64,000 bases of DNA from Veleropilina oligotropha (taxonomy: Eukaryota), in the NCBI GenBank assembly GCA_048128005.1, contig JBEUKZ010000127.1:124001-188000 (forward strand), in the 5' to 3' direction. Shown here in pieces: positions 38,401-50,030 of the stretch (positions are counted from its first letter, which is position 1; every line of letters starts with the position of its first letter). The translations under genes and the position numbers were made by a program. The notes under the pieces were generated by a model, which saw only the letters and a list, made by a program, of their open reading frames with translations, was not told the origin of the DNA and did no database searches.

Positions 38401-41400
38401 CTGCAACGGTCGTTTGTCCATGCGACCCGTCGGTAGCAGGGTCGCTACCGACTCGATGTGCCCTAGGACAGTGGCCAGTTGTCGCGCTGTAGTTACGTCC
38501 GATGACAGGGTGTCTCGGATAACCGCGCGTAGGTTCCGCATACGCTACTGGGTCGGCTTCGCGGTGTACCGGACCGTATCGAAGTCGACTCCGAGGAACG
38601 TAAACGTCGTCGAGGGCACGAAGCAGGATTTTGTCTCGTTGATCTGAAATCCCAGGCGCTTCGTCGATGACAGGGTAAAGCTCGTAGACCGGAGGCACAG
38701 ATCCCGGGACGCCCCGAGGATCAGCCAGTCGTCGAGGTACATATGTACCCTGTGCCCTAGAGAGTGTAGGAAGGCCCCTAGGGCCTGTACTGTTCTCGTG
38801 AAGACGTAAGGGGCTGACGATAGACCGAACGGTAGGCACCTGAATTGGTAGATCGTCTCCCCGTGTATAAACCGAAGGTACTGATGAGCCGTGACATGCA
38901 TCGGGACATGCAGATACGCGTCGGTCAGATCAATAGACACTGCCCAGTCGCCCGGACGGATGGCCGCTCGTATCTTCGAGAGGGTTTTCTGCTGGAATTT
39001 CTCGGTACGAAGATATTAGGTTACGAGAGCTCGAAGATCGGTCGTTAGCGGCCATCGGGATTCGGGACCAGGAAGAAATGGCTGTATTATCCTGGTGTGC
39101 TGGGCGGCGCGGGATATATCGCTCTTATTAGGAGCAAATCCCGCACTGCCTGGTCTAAGACCGCTTGCTTCTCTCCGTTTAGGAGGCGAGCGTGTCTTGG
39201 TGGTGGTGCCTCGTTTAGGGTCGGATGCCGGTTGAACCAACGTGTATCCGGCACTCACGACGGAGGGACCCAGCTACTGTCTGGTAGTCTAGCCACGGCT
39301 GGCTGTACGCTAACAGATACGCTTCCACCGGCGGAAGCGGGCAGCTGGGACTGTCGTGTGTGCCGGCAGCCCTAGGGCCGAGGCTTCCCTCTCCCGCTCT
39401 GACGGGAGCTTGTTGGAGGTGCTTGCCTCCTCGGAGTGGGTTAATGGCCGGGGGCCTACCACCCGAAGAGGGCTTTGCACGCTTGGAAGGCTTCGGGTCC
39501 GGGTGGGCCCTGAGCGCTTCCTCGAGTCGGCAGGTGGACCCCGGGTAGGGTGCAGTACCGCCTTCTCGATGGCACGGTCCTTCATGTCCGCCGCTCTCTT
39601 GTCGACGAACTCCGTAAAGTTGTCGCCAAAAAGAGTGGTGGCCGAGCAAGGCACGCATCGCAACGAGCGCCGGGTGGCCTCGTCTAGCGAGGTGCCTTCA
39701 AGGTAAGCGACCCTACGAAGTAGGAATGCGTTACCCAGGACACGTCCCGTCTCCAACGCGTTGGTCTCCATAACGGCAGCAACCTCCTGGAGGAAGGACA
39801 GGGCAGCCCACGGGCGCCGGGTCCATCCTCCTGTAATACGGCTATCGCCCCGTCTAGGAAAAAATCCTGAACGGACGACATCCGCAGAGCCCATCGGGCG
39901 GAGCTCTCGAAAGCTTCCAAGGCGAACCCAGGAACTCTCGCTACAGAGGGAGTGTGACTGGCGGTCAGTCAACGCAACGCTGCGTCAACACGAGCCGGCT
40001 CAGTCGCCAGGCACGGACCAGTACATGCGAACGGGATCGAACGCGAACTGGCCCGGAGGTACCTCCCACTACGGAACCCCGAAGGGTACTCGGTCAGTGG
40101 GGAGGACTCCACCGGATTGCGCCCCCGACTGAGCTTGGTTGTCGAGTCAACACCCGATCAACCAGCCCAGACTGAGGTAAGGAAGGAAGCAAGGGGGCTT
40201 CCTTCTCAACAAACCGATGCGCCGCCGTCCTGTGCTTGACCGGGCCTACATACGACCGAGTCGGTTCCGGCAGGTCAAGCACCCCGCGAAGTGACGCAAC
40301 AGCGTCGAGTTCGGCGGGTGGTGGAGGTCGGCTCCTGCGTGCCTGGAAGACTACCAGCGTCTTCGGGCCCGACCGATACAGGGAGGTCGGAGTGAGTGGA
40401 GTCGAGGTCCTCGTCGGAACGAGGTTCGATCCCCACCACGGAGGCAGGAGCCGTGCTCTGCGCCACAGGCAGAGGTGTAGGTACCTGGAGCGGCTAGGAA
40501 GCCGGTTGCCAGGCCCGACATCGGGACTCGAACTCCGCCGCGAACATAGCCTGGACGTTCTCTAAAGAGAAACCCGGAGGCATGACGGGCGTCGAACTAA
40601 CAGCCGGTAGTTCGGTCGAATACACCGTGGCGCTAGGTAGACGGGCTGCATGGACAGGTGTAGCCGAGAACCCTTGTTTTAGGGTCTCGGGACACGTGTC
40701 GAGTGGTCGAACCCGAAAGAACGGCCCGAAGGCAGGTTCGGTGGGCCGGACGACCGGTAGGACTGCGGCAACAGTCCGTATCGGTCTACCACTCTGTTCG
40801 AGAGAGGCACGGTCGGAAAACCGCCGTAGAACCCCGTCCCGAACGCAGCCGGTCTGTCCACGTTCTCTAGCGTGACCATCGTGGGTGCACGGGAGAGAAC
40901 GGGCCCTCTGAAAAGCTCGTGAGCATCGAGGTTGAGCGGAAAACCCTTAGGGGTAGTCGCGTCGGTCTCGAACGAGGATTCAGGTGTCGCCGATTGTCCG
41001 AGTCTTAGACCTACAAGTAGGTGCCCGGCCTCTTTAAAGGCTTTCTCTGCATTGAGTCTGTCACCGTAGGAAGACGGTGAGTTTCCCGCAGAAGGACTAA
41101 CTGTCCCCTTATTCTTCGAGGCCGAAGAAAAGGATGGGGATTGTCTGCCCTGTTCAGCGGTTCGCTGCGTTGCCAGATAGACCTTGCTAGCCGGCAAGGT
41201 ATGGTTGGCTGCAGTTACTAGGCCCGTGTTAGGAGGATCGAACAGCACTCGGGCTCCTACCTGAATCTAGGGTCCCGGCAAGGTTACGGCGACTCCCTAT
41301 GAGTCGCGGAGGTGACGCCGGTAGAATCGGCGACAGACGGCCCCTTTTAAGGTCGACTGTCGTCCAGCGACCCCTGAATTAGACAAAAAAAAGTTAATTC

Positions 41401-44400
41401 CCGTTAACCTACCATGTTGTCCAATCTCGGGGGAGAACCCACCGTGGTCCGCACCTCGGTGGATATACGCTCGCCCACTGCCTGCTGTTAAATCTAGGCA
41501 CAGTTCACATATATAAGACTTACTGTCAGTTACGGTGAACACGGCATTCCGTGCGCCTAGAAATCCGTGAAACTACGGGCTACACCCGGAGTTGCACCGG
41601 ACCATACATCCCTCTCCCTGAATACACGGGAGGGTAGTAGTGGGCGGAACGGGGTAGTGAAAAGTATATATTTGGTAGTTGTGACTATTTACTACGACAA
41701 CTCTTAAAAATTGCCCTGAGCTGAAGATCAAAGATCAGACGATATACCGCAAAAAACCCCGAGCTGGGAACACCGAGGCCGGGTATTTACCCGACACGAC
41801 CCGGTAAAAAACCAGGCAAATTGACTAGAACAAACGGGGGTTCTCTCTTAGAAAAAACCGCCCAGAAAAACACCTGAAAACCTCGTGGATGTTTTTATGT
41901 TAGTACAATTGTGTATTATCCCAGAAACGGCAGGATAACAGAAAAACGCAAGCGTGATATCTAAACGATCCTGCCTATTAACGACGCTAGAAGTTTTATA
42001 CAATAATAACCAGCAATAGCGTCGTTAAGGAATTATCCAATATAATGAGTTACCTGTTTGCAGTCTCAAACAATATCAGATAATAATACCGACCAGAAAC
42101 TTCTTCTTAATTACGAATTTTCCCCTCTAGGCGGCCATGCTTTTCCCTGCAACAGCGGCGATGTCGGTTTCAGGTGATTTTCAGAACTTCGAATCTTCAA
42201 ATCAACGAGATCAACACTATTCACATGTGTTTATAATATCCACAACACAGGGTTATAATCCTTCACAACTTATTATAAAGTTGTCGATAATAGCCCTCGA
42301 TCTTAACGCATTAGCGTCTTAAAATCGAAGACAAAGTCGAAAGATTTGCGGAGCAAAAAAACACGTCTTTCCGTTTTCGCGGAAAACTTTGAATTGAGGT
42401 CTTGTGACTTCGATGGTTCGGAAGTCTCGCGAGACTTGGCGAGATCTCGCTGGGGGAACTTAGGAGAGCGGGAGCAGGGGAGGTGATCGTGGTACGTTTT
42501 GACTTATAAAGAGTGCATAATGTGACTTATTCACTGTTTCCGGTTAGCGATAATATTACTATTATGGCAAGAGTAAGGACGTAAGTAAGTTTGTAACTAC
42601 ATATGACCTGTTAATGTAAATACACCATTTATTTATGTGCACTGTAAATTAGACATGTATACGGGGTATAAATTAGGCATCCATCCTGTGACTTCAATTT
42701 TGAAATATTATTCATATTGCAGGGATTACAGGAAAAATGGTTGTATATATTCATAATACAATGATGTTATCAGTATTGTGTGGATTCTGCCACATCGGAA
42801 ACCTCGAGTGACGTCGTAGTTTTTGCGGCGGATTTATCCGCCGCAAAAACTATGACGTCACGGGAGGTTTCCAAAGTGCCAGAATCCACACAATAACTGA
42901 TAATATTTTTATTTTATGCCACAACAAGTTTCTTATTAAATCGAATCGAAAGATTATGGTAATTTTAGTCACCAATCTGTAAGGGAGGTTGAAATATTAT
43001 AGGACTATATTGGAAATAGTTCCTACGATTTGTCAGCCATTTTGAATATATAAACAGGAGACGTTTTCCTGTGAATATATAAGCAGGAGACATTTTCTGA
43101 ATCGATATCAACTGCGCGAGAATAGATGTCAGAAAACGACTGGCATATAATAAAACTCTTTATTATGTTGGGTTGTGTCCCGAAAGAATAAATTATTAAT
43201 GAATATGTAATCATCGTATAACAAAATTGGTTAATTTGAATGTTTGAAAACCAATAACTTCTACTAATCCTGTCCATTAATTTTGTTCTTATAGTCAGTC
43301 ACCCACAGGGTCATCGCAATGCCTCCCAACATGTTAAAGGTTAGCAGTTGTCTGCATTATACGATCCACAAATTTTGTATTTCAGCCATTGACATTGGAC
43401 AAAGGTGCTGTATGTATAGGTTACTAACCGACTAACGAGGTTTGTAACCGACTTACACAATGGCCAATTAGCTCCTTTGTTGTCAATTTCTCTTGTGATC
43501 AGCTTTAGCAGTCTTGCACGGACGCAGGTCGGTATAGAGTGAAAAGTAGGGCGGTATGGCCATACCACCCTACTTTTGAATCGTTATTGAAAACAAGGTG
43601 TTCACTCTGAATACCAACCTCTTCAAAAGAAAAGAGCCGTTGTGTAAAAAATAATACTAACCAGAAAATCATTTCCCAGGTTGTACGATCCGAGTTCGTA
43701 GTTGTAGGTCAACTCAATAACAAAGTGGTTATCCTCTGGTCCATATCCCACCATTGACTTGCTCCATTTTCCATTATACGGTCTGACAAAATAAAAGTTA
43801 CAATACATAATAGCCCAGAAAATGAGGCATGATATGAAATTGTCCGCAACAGAAGTCCTTAAAATAATCAATTTTCAGACACAAGACAAAAATTGCTAGA
43901 CCAGCCCTAATTGGAGCCAGTGAATTATGTGAACGAGTTATGGTGAACTATGACAATTAAATTGAAAGTATAACATCAACGGATTGCTGGATATTGAATC
44001 ATGTAATGCCCTTGGAAACAAGAAGAGGAGTGACAGTTGGCAAGTCTTAAGTATCCGCATTAACTGATCCATTGGGAAAGGCATTTCAAATATGATTGCA
44101 TAATGCATGCCTGGTTTTGCGTATAATAGCATTATAATTAAATTTGCATGGAGCAATGCTGAATTATGATCTCTCTATTATTATTATTATTTATTATTTA
44201 TTACATTTATAATGCGCCTATTCTAGTGTAGCTTTAAGCGCAGTACAAACTATAACTAATATTACAGTGCATAAAAATATATACAGGTGAAACATCAATG
44301 ACACATACCATGAATACAATAAGCAATAATAATAAACAGAAGATTCTTTTTTTTTAGTATTTTCAATTTTATTTATTTTTTTACAAGCGCAATCAGACAA

Positions 44401-47400
44401 AGAGGTGAAGCAGCCCCTGTGTGAACTTCAACCAACTTTGAATGATACATAGGATGCATGATATAAGCAATAACAATAAACGAATGTGAAGTAGTCATTA
44501 CTTTCGTCCACTACTACGATGTCAGCTGAATTCGAATTGTTAGTGAGACTTGATCAGGTAGGCATATAGTATACATTAGCAAATAGGTGTGTTTTCAATA
44601 TATGTCTTCCGAATACCTGTCCGAGTTGTACTTTCCTTTACTTTAGATGGAAGCTTGTTCCAGAGTTTTGGGGCTTTGTTGATAAAGTCTCTATCGCCAT
44701 ATTTATTCATCGTTCTGTTCTCTGTCAACTGTTGTAATTGCTGCGACCTCAGTGCTCTAATAGGTCGATATTGAGCCAGAAGTTCGCTAATATATCCAGG
44801 TGCTTTTCCTTGAAGAGAATTGTAAACGAATGTAAGGATTTTGAAGGCAATCCGTTTCTCAACAGGGAGCCAGTGTACTCAGTAGGGTATATAGCAGCGT
44901 GGTTACATGGTCTCTTGGTTGGGCAAGTAAAATCAGCCTGGCTGTTAGTTTAAACAATATTTTATTAAAATAATAATAACCGGATTGGACATTCTGAACT
45001 TGCTGCAATCTGTTAATGAGGCTTGCATTTATTCCGAAAAGTAAACTGTTGGAATAATCAAGGCGAGATATGACATATGCATGCACAAGAAGCTTTGTTG
45101 CATCTGGTGTTAAAAAACGACGGATGCGTCTGATATTTCTTAGAAAGAATAATGAGCATTTAACTTGATTAGAGACTAATTTCTCCATGGACATAGTGTT
45201 GTCAAAGTAAGCACCCAAATTTCTTAGAAATTTGCTGGAGTTTATTTCTGTTTCACCAACTTGTAAGTTTACATCTCGGGCCTTTGTGATGTTATTTCTT
45301 GAGCCAAATATAATCAACTCAGTTTTATCATCATTGAGTTTCAGCATGTTTGCGCACATCCAGTGTTTGATCTCTGAAACACAGCTCTCTAATCTGTCTA
45401 GGCTTGCATTGCATGAGCTTTTGGGATCAAATGCAACATATATTTGACTGTCATCAGCGTAGAAATGATATGACAGATTGTATTTGGAGGCAATCTCTGC
45501 TACAGGCGTGACATACATTGAAAACAGAATCGAACCTAAGACGGAACCTTGTGGCACACCGTAAGGGAGAGAGGCAGGGTCACATTTCATGCCGTTTATG
45601 ACGACGGTTTGTTTTTGCTCATTTAGATATGACTTGATCCATGTAAGCGATGATTGCTTGATTCCAAAGTAGGAGTTCAGGCGATTAAACATAATTTTGT
45701 GGTCAATTGTATAAAAAGCTGCACTTAGGTCAAGTAAGGCGAGAGCAACCATTGATTTCTCATGAAGAGATTGAAGGATGTCATGCTGGACCTTTAAAAG
45801 AGCTGTTTCTGTGGAGTGAAACATGCGATACGCTGATTGGTATCTGTCCAAAAGCATGTGATTTTTCAAGTGAGCGTTTAGTCGAATTGCTACAACACGT
45901 TCCACAAGTTTCGAAACAAAACTTAGATTAGAAACCAGTCGATAATTTTTCAGATTGTTTTGATCCAATTTGGCCTTTTTCAGTAAGGGCTTTGCCAATG
46001 CGCTTACTAAAAAAGGCCAATTTGGATCAAAACAATCTGTTGGAATAATCATGGCGAGATATGACATACATGCACAAGAAGCTTGGTATATGAAACAAGA
46101 ACGACGCGTTCGGAATATGTCTTGACCTTTCTTTATTTCCCTCAAATTTTCATAACAGTTAATACAATGGCTAAGTGCAAGTACTTCATGGCTTAATTTA
46201 CTACCCCGTCGATTGTGACATCACCAAATGACGATTAATCTAAAGCGACGTCGTAATGACGTCATTGCTATTTGATTGCAATATTAGACATCTGTTATAT
46301 ACAAATATGCATAAAAGTGCTCAATAAATGCATATTTGTGCAAAATTGTGTCGCGAAAGTTATATACATGACCTACAAATACTCTTGGGAATGTGTGTAC
46401 CAATTTTGGTGAAAATTGAGTGGGTAGTTTTCAAATAAATCGATGGATATATAGATATATATAAGTATATATGTACATACACACGGACCATATGATAATG
46501 TCTTGTCCTTTTTTACAAAAAGATCAAGACATAAAAATGGATATAATGATACCCATATATAATTTTGATGCACTGCTATATAGTGCATGTATATATATAT
46601 ATATATTGTACATATTTCATATTTTATTGTATCATTTCATGTTTTATTGTATCATTTCATGTTTATTATGTTATTATAGTGATATTATAGAGGGCCTTAT
46701 GGGAGATTAGCTATTCTGTAGCTAAATCAGTTACCTTCTTAAAATAAAGTTTATTATTATTATTATTATTATAAACACATTTGCTGTAAATTTTCCAAGC
46801 TTTGCTTCTGAAACGTCGAATTAATTTGCAATGGACACAGCATATATTACCCATTACATGACGCTTTGCATCCTTCTTCAAATTCTTCATGTCTCAGAAT
46901 CTGAAAGAATGAATAATTCATAAAAAAAGAGTATGACAATCAATTATAATAATCTGACTCTGGGATTCTGGACATAAGTTTTAAAAAATACGTTAATTGC
47001 CAGCAGCAGAATAAATTGTAGAAAGTGTGAAGTTGAGCTTTCAAGAATTTCACATGTTTATTTTCAATACCGAGCATAATTGTCTTAAATTTATATTGTG
47101 CCGTATCCGCCCAGGTCGCACGCTCACAGCGCTATCACATAATTACCCATGGTTATCGGCCTGTTCTGATCTAGAACCCATCTCAACTCTCAATGAGAGC
47201 ATTACAGTCAAGCTGCCACAGAAGGACGCTACGCCTAATTATCACACCGACCAGGTACCCATTTAGGTCGGAAGGGTGAACTGAGGCAAATACAGTATGT
47301 GCTTATTTCCTTGCCCAAGTGAAATCGCGAGCTTTGGGGGCGAAATCGAGACTCTGCCACCAGAGTCCTGAGAACAACCCACTGAGCCACGACGGCACAT

Positions 47401-50030
47401 ATACCCAGGTGGCATTATCATCGAGTGAACATTGCAAATTTTTCCAATAATTGCCGTTTCTGGTGCATACAGCATCAGATATTTCACTGACTTAAAGGGG
47501 TACTTGCACGGATCTATGGCGAGGAAAGTGACAGGTTCCCAATTTTTTTGATCAAGGCTGTACCAAAGTATAGACCTGCGACACCACCCTCCTCGCTTAC
47601 AGAAGTATAGACCTGCGACACCACCCTCCTCGCTTACAGAAGCATAGACCTGCGACACCACCCTCCTCGCTTACAGAAGTTCTATAAATTGGCACAGCTT
47701 CGATCAGGAAAAATCTGATCATGTCACTATCCTCACCGTAGATCTGTGCATGTGCCCATTTCAATTAAGGTTGATTGACATGATTAAGACTGAAAGATTG
47801 TTGGTAACACATTAAACATCATTTCATCAATCCATCCACTTGACCTTGATATAAGTCATAATATATGTTTACGTTAAAGTGGACATTTTAATGAAGATGC
47901 AGTAAAATATCCATTCATATAAGCAGATGCATTATATAATATTTGAATAACACAGAGCTTTAATCTTGAAACATTATATCTATGCAAACAGCACTGTCAT
48001 TGTGATTTAATAAAAACACTGACATCATGTAAAATGTGATAGTATTTTATTTATATACCAGGTTTTATTTTGACAAAGCTTAGTTGGCATAACAACATCC
48101 CCCACTAAGCATATGGGTAAATAAAACTGCGATATGATATTTAGCAGAGGATATACTGTAACAGTATACAAATGACTAAGCTTCATTCAGCAATGAACAT
48201 GCAATCTATTCTAACGGTGAACTATCCGGGCCCTAATTTAACAGCATATATCAACATTCAATGATTCGCAGAATGTTTTATTATATTATTATATATATGG
48301 AAGTGAAGTATGACTTGAAAATTTACTGTTATATGCAATGCTGTCACAGAATGTAAGATTTATGTGACCACCCCATTCCCTGTGACAGTGATAAAAACAA
48401 AAACTTTTCTCATCAAATTTAGTGAAAATGGTTTATAAATAAATGTTGGTAAAAATATGGGGGTTTCACACACTTAATTGTCAAAATTTTCATTTGCATA
48501 AAAAGGACAGCTGATAGTATATTATATAGGGATGTGTCCACGCCAAGTGACACCATCCGGCAGTCAGTACTGCGACCGGGAACAAACAAAACATTTAGAT
48601 TTTCACCTACCAGTATATTTGGAATAATGTTTAAATACAAGCATGACATTAATAATGTATAATTTATGAAATTATCACTATCAACATTGAATTAATATAC
48701 ATTGTAAACGTATGATCTAAATGTCACTCCGGTATCAGGAATTGCTTTTGAGATGCATATAAATATTTGTAAAACATTTTCATACGGTGCCAAAAATTGA
48801 CATTGAAAATTATTATACCCGGCACCCAAAAATTCCTGGACACATCCCTACATGATTATAAACCCCCCCCCCCCCCCCCCCCCTTTGGAAAATCCTGGAT
48901 ACGCCCGGTCAATATAGTTGGACCACATATTGCCACACCTCGGTGGTTGTCTACTCATCATCTAATTTAATGTATCTAATACAGATTTATTTCATTACCG
49001 TATTGACATGCATATGTATATGCGCATGCGCCTATAAGCTAGTTATTGCATATTTCTTGATCATTACAAAAACACTTGTCTCACATAGAGGCGCATGCGT
49101 TTATATTCGAATAAAGGTGCATGTGCCTATATGTGAATATTCACATATAGACATGTTCTAATATTAAAAGAAGTATATACTTAATAGTTACTATGCCTAA
49201 ATGTGTACAATATTGAGAGGTTAAGTAATGACCTTAACACGAAATAACAAAGAATGAAATAACATAGTTACGTTTGTATGGTGCGCCTATATGTGAATAA
49301 TGGCTTTCGTCCAGGAAATTATAGGCATTCCCAAATATTCATATATACCATTTTAATATTAATATAACTATATATTTAATAGTTATTATGGGTAAATGTT
49401 TATTAAGGGGTTAGTTAATGGCCATTTAACACTATATAACCTGAAAGAATGCAGTATCACTCAAACGTTTGTGTCACTTTTGATGCACCTATATATGTGA
49501 ATAATGGTTTTCGGTGGAAAAATTATAAATTGTCTCGCATATATTCGGATATAGGCGCATACTCACTTATAGGCGCATCAATATGGTATGATCCATGAAC
49601 TGAGTACTGCACTATATGTATTCCACCATTTGCATACGATATTAACAGTAATGCAAATTTTGAAATTCTTATGTAAATCCAAACAAATATCAGATTTGTG
49701 ACGCAACAACACATGGGGTTACTACACTGCATAACATCGGAGCTTATTACTGTTACAGCTAGGATTTGGCTACTCCAACAACGTTAGAGCCTGCTACGGT
49801 TGGGAAGGCACGTCAACCCGGTCTCATATGTTATAGGAGTAGGATTTGGCATGATTAAAATTTATGAGGGTAGCATGAATGACATCGCCTTATTATTTTG
49901 CAGTTATCACTGTCATAACTGTCTGTATACAGTTGCATACCTTCATTCCAAGAACATCTCTGAAAAACTTTGTTGTTTCTGTCCTGTTTCCAACCTTGAA
50001 GACAAAGTGAAGGGCTCTTCTTGTACTCAT
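17390..50030 (-). CDS. GLOD4: Glyoxalase domain-containing protein 4, whole gene; CDS join(49941-50030,46851-46900,43662-43782,35039-35177,34442-34495,24441-24520,23271-23357,22702-22815,17817-17903,17390-17455), 888 nt, 295 aa
   Basis: Ten GT-AG bounded exons with consistent phases splice into [16 protein letters not shown]...[45 protein letters not shown]...[16 protein letters not shown]...[10 protein letters not shown]...[41 protein letters not shown]...[12 protein letters not shown]. This is colinear with vertebrate GLOD4 as I recall it. Confidence 0.96.
17817..17903 (-). CDS. GLOD4: GLOD4 coding exon 9 ([29 protein letters not shown])
   Basis: Acceptor TTATAG|, donor GAG|GTAGTC. Confidence 0.95.
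18440..20100. repeat. Diverged ~355-bp tandem repeats (about 4 units)
   Basis: Recurring GAACACACC..GGAAATTAC near 18517, 19093, 19451 and 19817. Confidence 0.7.
18830..19057 (-). mobile_element. Short HINE-like element (same family as 57010-57618)
   Basis: subTIR TGCCCCCA, GGACG microsatellite, terminal hairpin TGTCCATCGGACA and CTAG. Confidence 0.72.
20780..21360 (+). mobile_element. Old degraded non-LTR (RTE-like) reverse transcriptase fragment
   Basis: Scattered peptides [32 protein letters not shown] across frames. Confidence 0.45.
22702..22815 (-). CDS. GLOD4: GLOD4 coding exon 8 ([38 protein letters not shown])
   Basis: Acceptor TTTCAG|, donor CCA|GTAAGA. Confidence 0.95.
23271..23357 (-). 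CDS. GLOD4: GLOD4 coding exon 7 ([29 protein letters not shown])
   Basis: Acceptor TTGCAG|, donor GAG|GTACGT. Confidence 0.95.
23524..23902 (-). mobile_element. Penelope-like element 3' remnant with an inverted pLTR copy
   Basis: 23784-23632 encodes [42 protein letters not shown]...* (PLE GIY-YIG C-terminus); flanked by ~100-120-bp inverted arms. Confidence 0.8.
23995..24426 (+). mobile_element. RTE-like LINE 3' fragment
   Basis: [10 protein letters not shown]...[25 protein letters not shown]...[12 protein letters not shown]...ARTYVDQL with stops. Confidence 0.75.
24441..24520 (-). CDS. GLOD4: GLOD4 coding exon 6 ([27 protein letters not shown])
   Basis: Acceptor TTTCAG|, donor CAG|GTAATG; phase 1 to 0. 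Confidence 0.93.
24879..24968. repeat. DIRS copy 1 internal complementary region (ICR)
   Basis: GTAAGGACGTAAGTATG...AAACCTCAT|ATGTAGTTACAAACTTACTTACGTCCTTACTCTTGCCA equals the reverse complement of the left terminus fused to the reverse complement of the right terminus. Confidence 0.93.
25762..26800 (-). pseudogene. DIRS copy 1 tyrosine recombinase (one frameshift near 26420)
   Basis: N-terminal [22 protein letters not shown]...[10 protein letters not shown]; catalytic domain [40 protein letters not shown] with R-HxxR-W-Y residues. Confidence 0.9.
26810..28660 (-). pseudogene. DIRS copy 1 pol: reverse transcriptase, RNase H and DNA N6-adenine methyltransferase-like domain (frameshifted in RT)
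   Basis: RNase [42 protein letters not shown] motifs VDLFAT and AYAFPP; RT motifs split across frames relative to copy 2. Confidence 0.9.
28640..30975 (-). pseudogene. DIRS copy 1 gag-like ORF1 (disrupted); boundaries approximate
   Basis: GC-rich, upstream of pol, frameshifted pieces homologous to copy 2 ORF1. Confidence 0.65.
32722..34448. repeat. 41-bp minisatellite (~42 copies) abutting and containing the GLOD4 exon-5 donor
   Basis: Unit ACTGAATGCAGCCCTTAACCATGGTATCACTATACATACC(A/G). Confidence 0.97.
34442..34495 (-). CDS. GLOD4: GLOD4 coding exon 5 ([18 protein letters not shown])
   Basis: Acceptor TTTCAG|, donor G|GTATGT; phase 1 to 1. Confidence 0.93.
35039..35177 (-). CDS. GLOD4: GLOD4 coding exon 4 ([18 protein letters not shown]...[16 protein letters not shown])
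   Basis: Acceptor TTTTAG|, donor T|GTAAGT; phase 0 to 1. Confidence 0.92.
36478..37460 (-). pseudogene. DIRS copy 2 tyrosine recombinase, heavily degraded
   Basis: Alignable by eye to copy 1 YR but with dense substitutions and indels. Confidence 0.8.
37490..39330 (-). pseudogene. DIRS copy 2 pol (RT-RNaseH-MT), in-frame TAG at 38545 and frameshifts
   Basis: [32 protein letters not shown] (RT); [11 protein letters not shown] (RNase H); VDLFAT/AYAFPP (MT). Confidence 0.92.
39310..41605 (-). pseudogene. DIRS copy 2 gag-like ORF1 (disrupted); boundaries approximate
   Basis: [14 protein letters not shown]...[14 protein letters not shown] resembles the C-terminal block of DIRS1 Gag. Confidence 0.7.
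42767..42903. repeat. Long imperfect palindrome (~65-bp arms, TTTA loop)
   Basis: ...GACGTCGTAGTTTTTGCGGCGGA TTTA TCCGCCGCAAAAACTATGACGTC... Confidence 0.85.
43662..43782 (-). CDS. GLOD4: GLOD4 coding exon 3 ([40 protein letters not shown])
   Basis: Acceptor TGTCAG|, donor CTG|GTTAGT; phase 2 to 0. Confidence 0.95.
44177..46000 (-). mobile_element. 5'-truncated L2/CR1-group LINE (RT domain, 3' UTR, stem-loop and TAA-rich tail)
   Basis: [62 protein letters not shown]; tail GCGCTTAAAG...AGGCGCATTATAAAT then TAA-rich repeats. Confidence 0.88.
46851..46900 (-). CDS. GLOD4: GLOD4 coding exon 2 ([17 protein letters not shown])
   Basis: Acceptor TTTCAG|, donor GG|GTAATA; phase 0 to 2. Confidence 0.95.
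47095..47400 (-). mobile_element. SINE, possibly Deu/Nin-domain type
   Basis: CCAGGTACCCATTTA..GGGTGAACTGAGGC..CTTGCCCAAG body and tRNA-like head CGTGGCTCAGTGG on the minus strand. Confidence 0.5.
47570..47680. repeat. 37-bp tandem repeat x3
   Basis: ATAGACCTGCGACACCACCCTCCTCGCTTACAGAAG(T/C). Confidence 0.9.
49941..50030 (-). CDS. GLOD4: GLOD4 coding exon 1 ([30 protein letters not shown])
   Basis: ATG at 50030; donor AAG|GTATGC. Confidence 0.95.

Larger units (their letters stand above)
35251..42602 (-). mobile_element. DIRS1-type retrotransposon, copy 2 (in GLOD4 intron 3)
   Basis: Same architecture as copy 1: ITRs (~35289-35490 / ~42385-42586), ICR ~35549-35638, Gag/RT/RH/MT/YR. Confidence 0.96.

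Noticed and set aside
25913..41000. Many plus-strand ORFs inside the DIRS copies
   Set aside because: Antisense shadows of GC-rich coding sequence with no recognisable motifs.
24582..42602. The two DIRS copies as a segmental duplication or as LTRs of one giant element
   Set aside because: Flanks are unrelated, they sit in different introns, and each has its own internally matched ITR/ICR variants.
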